From contig JASBYO010000002.1 in NCBI GenBank assembly GCA_029983925.1, positions 5,937 to 69,936 on the forward strand: a DNA stretch of 64,000 bases, written 5' to 3'. Origin of the DNA: Flexilinea sp. Its GTDB lineage: Bacteria; Chloroflexota; Anaerolineae; Anaerolineales; Anaerolineaceae. The position numbers and the translations under genes were made by a program. Below the pieces are notes generated by a model. That model ran no database searches and was not told the origin of the DNA. It saw only the letters and a list, made by a program, of their open reading frames with translations. Below, piece by piece: positions 53,944 to 63,045 of the stretch. Within the stretch, counting starts at the first letter, position 1. Every line of letters starts with the position of its first letter.

Positions 53944-54231
53944 ATGATCCATATCATAGCTTCTTTCGCCATTCCCGCCGAAAATCAAGCCGCTTTCGTC
54001 AAGCTGGCAAAAGAACTCGTCGCTGAAACGCTGAAAGAAGCCGGCAATATCAGCTACGAATTCGTTCAAGGCGCCGACGATCCGACCCGGTTCGCCTTCA
54101 TTGAAAAATGGCGCGATCAGGCGGCGATCGACGCTCATAACGCCTCGCCGCATTTCACAAAACTGATCCCCGAAATGGTAAAGCTCGGCTCGGCCGCGCC
54201 GACGATCAGCCTGATGAAAACTGTTTTCTAA
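53944..54231 (+). CDS. ABM-domain (antibiotic biosynthesis monooxygenase-like) protein
   Basis: 95 aa. The MIHIIASF...NISYEF...FAFIEKWRDQAAIDAHNASPHF pattern is typical of ABM / quinol monooxygenase-like proteins. Confidence 0.8.
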   Translation: MIHIIASFAIPAENQAAFVKLAKELVAETLKEAGNISYEFVQGADDPTRFAFIEKWRDQAAIDAHNASPHFTKLIPEMVKLGSAAPTISLMKTVF

Positions 54232-54270
54232 AACTGAAAACCCAAGGAAACATCGGGGAAAACGAAGGTT

Positions 54271-54311
54271 CCGGGAGAAAGCGGTCCGCCTCTTTCTCCC
54301 GGATTTTATTT
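54271..54311. terminator. Bidirectional terminator between the ABM gene and gnd
   Basis: Perfect 11-bp stem CCGGGAGAAAG / CTTTCTCCCGG, followed by ATTTTATTT on the plus strand. Confidence 0.7.
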
Positions 54312-54319
54312 AATCTAAA

Positions 54320-55771
54320 TCAGACGACATACATCGACGCCGACGTCGACCCGCCTTCGCCCGTCCAATTGGTATGGAAGAACTCTCCGCGCGGGCGGTC
54401 CGTCCGCTCGTAGGAATGAGCGCCGAAGTAATCCCGCTGCGCCTGAATCATGTTCGCCGGCAGGTCCGCGCTGCGATAGCCGTCGTAGTAAGCCAGCGCC
54501 GCCGACAGAGCCGGAACCGGCAGCCCGTTCAGAACCGCCGCCGCCACGACGCGCCGCCAGCTCTGCTGCGCGTTTTCGATCGCGGTCCTGAAATAATCGT
54601 CGAGAAGCAGGTTTTGAAGCCCGGGGTTCTTATCGAAAGCGCGCTTGATATCGCCGAGGAAAACCGATCGGATAATACAGCCGCCGCGCCACATCAGCGC
54701 GATATCGCCGAATTTCAAATCCCAGCCGTACGTCCGCGCCGCCGCGCGCATCAGGGCGTAGCCCTGCGCGTATGAAACGATCTTCGAAGCGAAAAGCGCT
54801 TTCCGCAAATCCTCAATCATCGCCGCCTTATCGCCGTCGAACGCGGCGGCGTCCGGACCATGGAGCAGCTCGGCGGCGGCGGCGCGCTCTTCCTTAATCG
54901 CGCTCAAACAGCGCGCGAAAACGGCTTCCGCGATCAGCGTCAGCGAAATTCCTTCGTCGAGCGCCGCGATCGCCGTCCATTTTCCGGTACCTTTCTGACC
55001 GGCGGCGTCAAGGATTTTATCGATAACTTCCTCGCCCGCTTCGTCTTTATAAGCGAGAATTTTTCCCGATATTTCGATCAGATAACTGTCCAGCTCGGTT
55101 TGGTTCCAATCCGTAAACACCGCCGCCATCTCGTCGTTCGTCATCTTCAGCGCGCCGCGCATGAAATGATACGCTTCGGAAATCAGCTGCATATCGCCGT
55201 ATTCGATCCCGTTGTGGACCATCTTGACGAAATGACCCGCGCCGCCGCTCCCGACCCATTCGCAGCACGGCGCGCCGTCCTCAACTTTAGCGCAGATACC
55301 CTGGAAAATCGGTTTGACGAGTTCCCATGCCGCCGGAGAACCGCCCGGCATCATCGACGGACCGCGCAAAGCCCCCTCCTCGCCGCCGGAAACGCCGCAC
55401 CCGATATACCGCAGCCCCTTTGATTCGACATATTTCGCGCGCCGTTCCGTATCGGGAAAATGGGAATTGCCGCCGTCGATAATTACGTCGCCGGGTTCCA
55501 GCAACGGAATCAGTTTTTCAATAAACTCGTCGACCGGCTTCCCCGCCTTAACCATCATCATCACCTTGCGCGGTTTCTTCAACTGCGAAACGAGTTCTTC
55601 CAACGAGTACGCGCCCCGGATCAGCTTCCCTTTCGCCCGGCCTTCGATAAATTTCGCGACTTTTTCCGTCGAACGGTTATAAACCGAAACGCCGAACCCT
55701 TTGCTTTCCATGTTGATCACGAGATTCTCGCCCATGACCGCCAAGCCGATCAATCCGATATCCGATTTCAT
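54320..55771 (-). CDS. gnd: 6-phosphogluconate dehydrogenase, decarboxylating
   Basis: DIGLIGLAVMGENL, IIDGGNS, GVSGGEEGA, MVHNGIEYGDMQLI. Start at MKSDIG (the ORF extends 10 codons further, to 55801). Confidence 0.9.
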   Translation of the reverse strand: MKSDIGLIGLAVMGENLVINMESKGFGVSVYNRSTEKVAKFIEGRAKGKLIRGAYSLEELVSQLKKPRKVMMMVKAGKPVDEFIEKLIPLLEPGDVIIDGGNSHFPDTERRAKYVESKGLRYIGCGVSGGEEGALRGPSMMPGGSPAAWELVKPIFQGICAKVEDGAPCCEWVGSGGAGHFVKMVHNGIEYGDMQLISEAYHFMRGALKMTNDEMAAVFTDWNQTELDSYLIEISGKILAYKDEAGEEVIDKILDAAGQKGTGKWTAIAALDEGISLTLIAEAVFARCLSAIKEERAAAAELLHGPDAAAFDGDKAAMIEDLRKALFASKIVSYAQGYALMRAAARTYGWDLKFGDIALMWRGGCIIRSVFLGDIKRAFDKNPGLQNLLLDDYFRTAIENAQQSWRRVVAAAVLNGLPVPALSAALAYYDGYRSADLPANMIQAQRDYFGAHSYERTDRPRGEFFHTNWTGEGGSTSASMYVV

Positions 55772-55831
55772 TGTCCGCGTTAATCCTTCCTTTAGTTTCA
55801 TCCGGTTCCCGTTTTCTTCCTGAGCCGGTTT

Positions 55832-56905
55832 TCAGCGCTGAACGCGCGCGTTTCCGGCGTAAATCGCCCAGACCTGATCTTCGTCTATCGGCTGGGCGTA
55901 ATCGGTCAGGCAGGTCGCCGCCATCGCGCCGGTCGCCCATCCGAACCGGAGCCATTTTTCCGGCGTCCAATTTTTCAGGATTCCGTATAAAAGACCGCCG
56001 ACGAAACCGTCGCCCCCGCCGATCCGATCCAAAACCGGGATCGCCCGCGGCTCGACGACTTCCCACCCCGCGTCCGTATACAGCAGCGCGCCCCAAAGAT
56101 GTTCATTCGCGCTGATTACTTCCCGCAGCGTATTCGCAAACACTTGCGCATGCGGATAAGCCTCCTTAACGCGGGAAATCATCTCCTTAAAACCGTCGAT
56201 CTTCGCGCCGATTTCCTTACCGCCCGCGTCCGGCCCCGTCACGCCTAACGCCAGCTGAAAATCTTCTTCATTCCCGATCAGAATATCCGCCAGCGACGCA
56301 ATTTCATGGAATATCCCGCGCAGCTCCTCTTCGCGGTTCTTCCAGAACGACGCGCGATGATTCAGATCGAACGAGACCAGCGTCCCGTTCGCGGCGGCGG
56401 CGCGCGCGACTTCCAGGCAGAACTCGCCCGTTTCCGGCGATAACGCCGCGATCAGTCCGGATAAATGCACGATCGCCGCGCCTTCCCTGACGAAAATACG
56501 CTCGACGTCGAAATCCCGGATATTCAGCGCCCGCCCGACTTCGCCCGAACGGTCGTTCCAAACGCGCGGACCGCGCAGCCCGTAACCGCTGTCGGCAAGG
56601 TTGAATTGGTGACGGTACCCCCAAGGGCCGCCCTGATCGACTTCCGGACCTTCATAAGAGATGTTGCGCTTGCGGAGCTCGCCTTTGATAAACTCGGCGA
56701 TCGGGCTGTCCTTGACGAACGTCGTCAGCAGCTTCACGTTTTCGCCCAGCGCGGCCGAAATATTCGCGACGTTCGATTCCGCGCTCGTCGAATGCATGAC
56801 GAACAGATCCGACGTATGAACCGGCTGCCGATCGACGGGCGTCAGCCGGACGCCCATGCTGGTCGGAGTCACCAATCCGTATTTATAATTTTCTCTCAAT
56901 CGCAT
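55832..56905 (-). CDS. PfkB-family sugar-acid kinase (KdgK-like; substrate uncertain)
   Basis: MGVRLTP...STSAESNVANISAALG N-terminal pattern, and DRIGGGDGFVGGLLYG (the PfkB ATP/anion-hole motif). Confidence 0.8.
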   Translation of the reverse strand: MRLRENYKYGLVTPTSMGVRLTPVDRQPVHTSDLFVMHSTSAESNVANISAALGENVKLLTTFVKDSPIAEFIKGELRKRNISYEGPEVDQGGPWGYRHQFNLADSGYGLRGPRVWNDRSGEVGRALNIRDFDVERIFVREGAAIVHLSGLIAALSPETGEFCLEVARAAAANGTLVSFDLNHRASFWKNREEELRGIFHEIASLADILIGNEEDFQLALGVTGPDAGGKEIGAKIDGFKEMISRVKEAYPHAQVFANTLREVISANEHLWGALLYTDAGWEVVEPRAIPVLDRIGGGDGFVGGLLYGILKNWTPEKWLRFGWATGAMAATCLTDYAQPIDEDQVWAIYAGNARVQR

Positions 56906-56935
56906 CTGAAAATATCCTTTCTGTCGTTCATCTGC

Positions 56936-57754
56936 TCAGACCCCGGAAAAAGCGGAGAAACCGCCGTCGATCGGAACGACGATCCCGGTAACGAAGTTTG
57001 ACGCCGGCGAAATCAGGTACAGCGTCGCGCCCAATAGTTCGTCGAATTCGCCGAAACGCCCCATCGGCGTATGCCCGACGATCTGCTGCCCGCGCGGCGT
57101 CAAATTCGTCGTGCCTTTTTCGTAGAGGAGGTCGTGATTCTGATTGCCGACGAAAAAACCGGGCGCGATCGCGTTGACGCGAATCCGTTTCGAAAAATTA
57201 AGCGCCAAATCGACCGCTAACCATTGGGTAAAATTATTAATCGCCGCTTTCGCCGTCGAATACGCCGGAACGCGCGTTAGCGGCTGAATCGCGCTCATGC
57301 TCGAAATATTCAAGATAACGCCCTCCCCGCGCTCAGCCATCGCTTTTCCGAAGACCTGGCTCGGCAACACCGTCCCGAGCAAATTCAGATTCAAGACCCA
57401 TTGAAACGCGTCGGCGGGAATATCGAAAAAATTCCGATCCGCGTTCGTCGTCGCCGCCGGTTTATTCCCGCCCGCGCCGTTAATCAGGATGTCGACCTGT
57501 CCCCAACGCGCCGTTACCGCCGCGCAGGCGGCTTCGATAGCGCTTTTTTCCAACACATCGCATCCGAACGCCTGCGCCTCGCCGCCGCTTCCGCGAATCT
57601 CCGCCGCTACGCGTTCCGCGACTTCAGGGAACAAATCTAAGATAGCAACTTTCGCGCCCAACTCGGCGCACATTTTTGCCTGCGCGCCGCAGATAACCCC
57701 GCCGCCGCCGGTCACGACGACAACTTTCCCCTGAATATCAAAACTCGGTACCAT
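56936..57754 (-). CDS. SDR-family oxidoreductase, D-mannonate/fructuronate reductase-like
   Basis: KVVVVTGGGGVICG, NGAGGNKPAATT, and catalytic SS...YSTAK. A long-loop SDR subtype commonly encoded with uxaC. Confidence 0.75.
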   Translation of the reverse strand: MVPSFDIQGKVVVVTGGGGVICGAQAKMCAELGAKVAILDLFPEVAERVAAEIRGSGGEAQAFGCDVLEKSAIEAACAAVTARWGQVDILINGAGGNKPAATTNADRNFFDIPADAFQWVLNLNLLGTVLPSQVFGKAMAERGEGVILNISSMSAIQPLTRVPAYSTAKAAINNFTQWLAVDLALNFSKRIRVNAIAPGFFVGNQNHDLLYEKGTTNLTPRGQQIVGHTPMGRFGEFDELLGATLYLISPASNFVTGIVVPIDGGFSAFSGV

Positions 57755-57806
57755 GAATAAATTCGCTCCCTTTCAAAAGAATAAAACCCGACGATCCGCC
57801 GACGGG

Positions 57807-59093
57807 CTAAAATTCGCCGCGTTCGCTCTCGAGACGGTACAGCGTTTCGCCGGCATACGGAACAACCAAAATCCCCTCGTCTTCGCGATTCATCAAAGCG
57901 TCGATATCGAGCGCGTCGGGATCGCGATAACCGAGCGCCAGCGCCGCGCAGCGTTCCGCCGGGATCGCCGTCGCCAGAACGACGCTGATCCGTTTCTTTT
58001 CAACGCCGTTTTCCATCGTTCCCAAACCGGCAACATGGCTCGAATGGGCGATGACGCCCCAGGGTTCGTTCCGATATTTATCCCAGTCGGCGAGGAAATA
58101 ATCGCGGCAGTGATAACCGATCTTGTTCAAATAACGGTCATGCGTCAGCGAAATATCGCGAATATGCTTTCCGTAGATGATCAGCTCGCCGCCGTCCTCG
58201 ACGACCGGCTCCAACTTATACATTCCCTTTCCCGCGGTCCAAATCTCGTCGTACAGATGGGGCATACAGGCGACGACCAACCGATAACGGCGCGATTTAT
58301 AAACGACGTTGACCTTCTTCGAGAGCGCGACCGCCGCTTCCCAACTCGGGAGCGGATCGCCGCCGAAAAACCCGTAAACGCCTTCCTTCCGATTCACGGT
58401 GCAAAGATACAGTTTCGGCGTCGGGATCAGCGCCGCCGCGCGTTCGATCAGGCGGCGCTGCGGCGTATCCTGTTTCCCGATCGTCGAAAAACAGGTTTGC
58501 ATCGCGCCGATCCAATGCGTCGTGTTGGTAAAATCGGCGCCGCTGATCCCCGGGAAGAAATATTTCGTCCCGCCGGAATAACCCATGACCTCATGCGGGA
58601 AAACCGGCCCCAAGACAACGATCAGGTCATAATCCAGGACCAGCTTATTGATCTCAATCTTGACGTCGCGATCGATCGTTCCGTGCGTCAGCGGAATTAA
58701 TTCATCTTTTCCGACCGTTCCGATCCGAACGAAGGTAGCAGGATCTTGCCAATCATGGTTCATAACCTTCATTCCTGCGTACGTTCCGTTCAGCTCCGCA
58801 ACGCTGACGCCCAGATGGGCCGCGATCAATTCCTCGCTCATCGGCTGATGCGTTCCCAGCGCGATCAGGAAGTCCAGCTTCCGCGTTTTCGGATACACGA
58901 TTTCATGAAAAAACCGAAAGAACATCGGCAGCGGCATCGTTCGCGTATGATCCGGGATCAGCGCCAAAACGCGTTTTCCGCCGATCGGATTCGCCTCGAA
59001 AATTTCCGTAAAAATCGCGCGGATTTCCGCTTCGTTTAGCAGATTATCCGCCGTCTCGCGCCCGTACCCAAAGACTTTTCCAGCGACTTTCAT
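57807..59093 (-). CDS. LarA-family (nickel-pincer-nucleotide dependent) 2-hydroxyacid racemase/epimerase homolog
   Basis: LIPDHTR, ALGTHQP, PHEVMGYSGGTKYFFPGISG and TTHW correspond to the LarA His/His/Lys/His constellation. Start set at MKVAGK. The track ORF extends to 59258, overlapping uxaC. Confidence 0.75.
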   Translation of the reverse strand: MKVAGKVFGYGRETADNLLNEAEIRAIFTEIFEANPIGGKRVLALIPDHTRTMPLPMFFRFFHEIVYPKTRKLDFLIALGTHQPMSEELIAAHLGVSVAELNGTYAGMKVMNHDWQDPATFVRIGTVGKDELIPLTHGTIDRDVKIEINKLVLDYDLIVVLGPVFPHEVMGYSGGTKYFFPGISGADFTNTTHWIGAMQTCFSTIGKQDTPQRRLIERAAALIPTPKLYLCTVNRKEGVYGFFGGDPLPSWEAAVALSKKVNVVYKSRRYRLVVACMPHLYDEIWTAGKGMYKLEPVVEDGGELIIYGKHIRDISLTHDRYLNKIGYHCRDYFLADWDKYRNEPWGVIAHSSHVAGLGTMENGVEKKRISVVLATAIPAERCAALALGYRDPDALDIDALMNREDEGILVVPYAGETLYRLESERGEF

Positions 59094-59152
59094 CAAAATA
59101 TCACGCGCCTTTCCGTCAAGCGTTAAATCCCGAACCGAAACCGTCCGAACGA

Positions 59153-60577
59153 CTAAAGCCCATAGATCGCTTTCGGCTGGTCGTACGCCAACAGCCGCGC
59201 CAAACCATGAGCATCTTCCATACCGAAGAAGCTGCGAACGACCATCTTCGCCAGCCAATTCGACAGCGCGCGCCGGAAGACGTCGTGCCGGGCCGGAATC
59301 GACGGAAACGCGCGCGTATCGTCGATAAACCCGCTCAGGTTATACAGCCCCGCCGTTTCGACGACGGAATCAAAAAAGCGGTTGATGCCGTTCCAACTGT
59401 CGTTAAACCACCACGGCGGACCGAGCCGCAGCGCCGGATAATGGCCCGCCAAAGGCGCCAACTCGCGCGAATACACCGTTTCGTCAAGCGTGAATAAAAC
59501 GAGTTTGAAATTCGGATGATTCCCGAATTCGTTTAATAACGGCCGTAAATTCCGGGTAAATTCGGTCCGGACCGGAATATCGCAGCCTTTGTCGGCGCCA
59601 AAGCGGTCGAAAATCTGCCGGTTATGGTTGCGGAAAACGCCCGGATGAAGCTGCATGACGAAACCGTCTTTCAGGCTCATTTCAGCGAATTCCATGAGCA
59701 TATGACCGCAGAATTTCTTCTCGTCGGATTTATCCGCGCCGCCGTTCATCGCGCGCGCGAAAATCGCTTCCAATTTCCGCTTCGGAAGCCGTTTCGGCGC
59801 CGGTTTATAAACGCCGTGATCCGTCGAAACGGCGCCCATCGTCTTGAAAAATTCGCGCCTCCGGACCAGCGCGGCGCGAAAATCGTCGAACGTCGTAATT
59901 TCGATCCCGGAAGCGTTCGATAAACGTTCGATCTCCAATCGAAATCCCGCCGACCGCAGCGCCATGACGCTGTCCGGGCGGAAAGTCGGACGAACGCGAT
60001 CGGTCCAGCCGCCGGCGCGAATCGCCTGATGGGCCGAGAGCGAATCGGCCGCGCCGTCCGTCGTACAAATCGTTTCAATATTAAAACGATCCATCAGCGC
60101 GCGCGGACGGAACTCCGGCGACGCTAATTTTTCAACCAGTTCATCGTAGAGCCGGTCAGCGTTCTCGCGGTCGGGAATCTCGTCAATACCGAAAACAAAC
60201 TTAAATTCATGCCCCAGCCAATTATACGAAGCGGTCCCGACCAGAAGATGAAAATTTTCGCAGAAAAGCCGCCAAATTTTACGATGATCCGTTTCAACCG
60301 TTTCGGAGCTGTCCGAACGGAGCGGAATCCCGAAATCGGCTAAATCCAGCCCCTGCGAATAAAAAACGCGGAAGACATAATGATCCGGGAGAACCAACAT
60401 CTCGGCCGGATCGCCGAAACCCGCGGCCGGATCGGCGAATAAATTCGCATCGACATGTCCATGAGGACTAACGATCGGGAGGGCGCGGATCCGTTCATAA
60501 ATTTCGAGCGCCGTTTTTTTCTGCAACGGGTCAGGATCAAAAAACCGGTCATCCGGGAAAAGCCATTTCTTAGGCAT
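59153..60577 (-). CDS. uxaC: Glucuronate isomerase
   Basis: FLFPDDRFFDPDP...LPIVSPHGHVD, and ~470 aa length as in UxaC. Confidence 0.9.
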   Translation of the reverse strand: MPKKWLFPDDRFFDPDPLQKKTALEIYERIRALPIVSPHGHVDANLFADPAAGFGDPAEMLVLPDHYVFRVFYSQGLDLADFGIPLRSDSSETVETDHRKIWRLFCENFHLLVGTASYNWLGHEFKFVFGIDEIPDRENADRLYDELVEKLASPEFRPRALMDRFNIETICTTDGAADSLSAHQAIRAGGWTDRVRPTFRPDSVMALRSAGFRLEIERLSNASGIEITTFDDFRAALVRRREFFKTMGAVSTDHGVYKPAPKRLPKRKLEAIFARAMNGGADKSDEKKFCGHMLMEFAEMSLKDGFVMQLHPGVFRNHNRQIFDRFGADKGCDIPVRTEFTRNLRPLLNEFGNHPNFKLVLFTLDETVYSRELAPLAGHYPALRLGPPWWFNDSWNGINRFFDSVVETAGLYNLSGFIDDTRAFPSIPARHDVFRRALSNWLAKMVVRSFFGMEDAHGLARLLAYDQPKAIYGL

Positions 60578-60865
60578 GGAGTCTCCTATACGAATGAATT
60601 ATGCCGCTAAGACCGTAACGGACAGCCAACGTAATATCACGCCGCAGGATACGATCGCTCAGCGCGAAGGAATATCACCAGTCTGAATTTATTATAAGCC
60701 AAATTGAAAATAAAGCGCAGGCGGGAACGTTTTCCCTGATAATGAATGACGTTTCTTTCAGATATCGGGGAGATTTACGCGACGGATACAGAGCGGGACC
60801 CTTAGGATATGAAATAATTTCTGAAAATACAGAGACATTTCAAGGCTCCGGATCAAGCGCGAATC

Positions 60866-60899
60866 AAAAAAAGAGAGCGGGAAATACCGACCCGCTCTC
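60866..60899 (-). terminator. Rho-independent terminator of the methyltransferase gene
   Basis: Perfect 9-bp stem GAGAGCGGG / CCCGCTCTC, followed on the minus strand by TTTTTTT. Confidence 0.75.
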
Positions 60900-60919
60900 C
60901 GAGAAAAAAGGGACGCTTG

Positions 60920-61537
60920 TTACTTGATCCCGCTGACCGCGGCCCAATCGCCTTTTATTTTCGCTTCAACTTCCCTGAAGCCCGCCGCTTTCATCGCTTC
61001 TACCTGCTCATCCGGCGTATAGATCGTCATGCCGGCGCAATGATCCGTCCAAATCTTTCCTCGGACAGGGTCGTTTGATTCAACGATCAGCAGCGCCCTC
61101 CCGCCGGGTTTCAAAACCCGATAAACTTCCTTCAGCCCGCCGATGAAATCCGGCCAGAAATAAATCGTCTCGCAAGCCGTCACGCCGCCATACGACGAAT
61201 CCGCAAACGGGAGCGACATAACGTTGCCTTCTTCAATCCGGCAATTTTCACCCAATCTCCCTGCATGCAGCTTACGGCTGACGCGAACGCTGTCCGGCGA
61301 AAAATCAACGCCGTCCACCGCGCTCTTCGGATACATTTCGAACAGATTGAGAATATTCTTTCCTCCGCCGCAGCCGACATCCAAAATCCGATCGCCGTCA
61401 TGAAAACGGAAACTCTCCAGCGCCCATATCGCGACCTGTTGATGGCCAGAGCCCATACTTTTCGCAAAGAGCCGGCCGAAGAATCCTTCCGGCTTCCGCG
61501 CCTGTTTCACCAATAAACGAATCAGTCCTCCAAACAT
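60920..61537 (-). CDS. Class I SAM-dependent methyltransferase
   Basis: Motif I ILDVGCGGGKN, post-I DGVDFS, and LKPGGRALL. Confidence 0.85.
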   Translation of the reverse strand: MFGGLIRLLVKQARKPEGFFGRLFAKSMGSGHQQVAIWALESFRFHDGDRILDVGCGGGKNILNLFEMYPKSAVDGVDFSPDSVRVSRKLHAGRLGENCRIEEGNVMSLPFADSSYGGVTACETIYFWPDFIGGLKEVYRVLKPGGRALLIVESNDPVRGKIWTDHCAGMTIYTPDEQVEAMKAAGFREVEAKIKGDWAAVSGIK

Positions 61538-61627
61538 TCAAAACCTCCTGCCGCTAATCCCGGCCATGACAATAATATTAGTCAAGTATAACTCAAACCG
61601 CGTATCGAACGCAGCCAAGTCCTGAGA

Positions 61628-61657
61628 TTGACAGAATTAGGAACAGCAAACTATAAT
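61628..61657 (+). promoter_or_regulatory. Consensus sigma-70 promoter of the TetR/ECF operon
   Basis: TTGACA (61628-61633), 18-nt spacer, TATAAT (61652-61657). Confidence 0.6.
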
Positions 61658-61684
61658 ATACCGACGGTATAAACCGCCGGTATA
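61657..61684. promoter_or_regulatory. Tandem palindromic operator candidates overlapping the transcription start
   Basis: Perfect 15-bp palindrome TATACCGACGGTATA (61657-61671), followed by the related AACCGCCGGTATA (61672-61684). Confidence 0.55.
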
Positions 61685-61699
61685 TTTGAGAGGAACCTG

Positions 61700-62314
61700 A
61701 TGAAACGCACAGAAACGCAAAAAAAGATTATCCGCGTCGCCAAACGCGAATTCCTCGCAAAGGGATTTAAAGACGCCTCGCTGAGCGGAATCGTCAAGGA
61801 AGCCGGCTATACCAAGGGCGCTTTTTATGGATACTATGCGAATAAAGCCGCGCTATTTGAGGATATCGTTGGCGAAGCCGTTGACGGGCTGACAGCCCGC
61901 TTCAAGAAAGCGCAAAAAGCTCATTTCGAGTTGATTCAAGCGAACCGCGCCGCCGAAAGCCTATCGCTTTCGGCCGACTATTTACGCGCGTTCATCAGTT
62001 ATATCTACGACCATTTCGACGAATTTAAACTGACGCTCTGCTGCGCCGAGGGAACAAAATACGCCGATTACGTTCATGAACTGGTCAGGATGGAAGTCGA
62101 GGGAGCCGAACGATACTTTGAAATATTAAGGGAGAAAGGAAAACTTTCCGGATCGATCAGCCGAGATCTCCATCACATGATCGCCAGCGCGTATTTTGCC
62201 GCGGTATTCGAAACCGTCGTTCATGATATGACGCGCGAACAGGCGGTTGCGTACGGAAACGAATTAATCGTATTTTTCGATGCGGGAATGAAAGGAATCT
62301 TGAAATTCTTTTAG
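61700..62314 (+). CDS. TetR/AcrR family transcriptional regulator
   Basis: N-terminal HTH KKIIRVAKREFLAKGFKDASLSGIVKEAGYTKGAFYGYYANK. Confidence 0.9.
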   Translation: MKRTETQKKIIRVAKREFLAKGFKDASLSGIVKEAGYTKGAFYGYYANKAALFEDIVGEAVDGLTARFKKAQKAHFELIQANRAAESLSLSADYLRAFISYIYDHFDEFKLTLCCAEGTKYADYVHELVRMEVEGAERYFEILREKGKLSGSISRDLHHMIASAYFAAVFETVVHDMTREQAVAYGNELIVFFDAGMKGILKFF

Positions 62315-62380
62315 TTTTTCGATTTGCGGCTAATTTTTTTCAACCGAATCTTCCCAAGCTTCAAAAAAAACGGCCGCTTT

Positions 62381-63025
62381 ATGACGCATAAAAAGAGCGT
62401 TCAAAAGAAAGAGGGACCCGTGAAAATAAAAACTGACATCCAGAAAATAATGCGGCGTAGTCGCCTTGTGGGCGCTTATGAAGATCTGAATGACGCCGGC
62501 TTGAAAAAAGAAATCGTTAGCCGTTTGGAAACGCTTTTAGCGGAAAATGATTTGAACGACAAAATGCTTGCGGGACATTTGAAAAGATCTATTTTGCCCG
62601 CGATCGCGTTTCACAGCGCGCTGACCGGACATGGCTACGAAAAAAAAGACAGCGCGGAACGAATCCGTTCTTCCGTTATTAACGACGCGAAATCGTCGGC
62701 GTCCTTTTTCCAGGTTCTTGGGAAAATTCCGTTCTTTTTCAGTCTGATGCGGGTAATGGTCAAAAAAGGCATCCAACTGAACTACGGAAAATCCGGATGG
62801 GATTTCGTTTGGAAACGGGATGATCCCGAAGCGATCGTGTGGGACTGCCGCCGCTGCTTCTACGCCGACGTATTCCAAAAATACGGCATGCCGGAGCTGA
62901 CCGAAATATTTTGCGAATCCGACGACGTCGTTTACGGAAATATTCCCGGCGTTCGCTGGGGACGGACGAAAACGATCGGGAAAGGGGACGCGGTCTGCGA
63001 CTTCAGCTTATTTAAAGAAAAATAA
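62381..63025 (+). CDS. L-2-amino-thiazoline-4-carboxylic acid hydrolase-like family protein
   Basis: The C-terminal signature CRRCFYADVFQKYGMPELTEIFCESDDVVYG...GKGDAVCDF resembles the ATC-hydrolase family. Start uncertain (TTG at 62324 or ATG at 62381; weak RBS). Confidence 0.6.
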   Translation: MTHKKSVQKKEGPVKIKTDIQKIMRRSRLVGAYEDLNDAGLKKEIVSRLETLLAENDLNDKMLAGHLKRSILPAIAFHSALTGHGYEKKDSAERIRSSVINDAKSSASFFQVLGKIPFFFSLMRVMVKKGIQLNYGKSGWDFVWKRDDPEAIVWDCRRCFYADVFQKYGMPELTEIFCESDDVVYGNIPGVRWGRTKTIGKGDAVCDFSLFKEK

Positions 63026-63045
63026 AATATCCGGAGGTTTTTATC

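Noticed and set aside
59094-59258. 55-codon N-terminal extension of the LarA homolog
   Set aside because: The extension would overlap uxaC by 106 nt and is Arg/Gly/Trp-rich. The internal start MKVAGK leaves a normal 59-nt spacer. This remains unproven and is noted in the findings.
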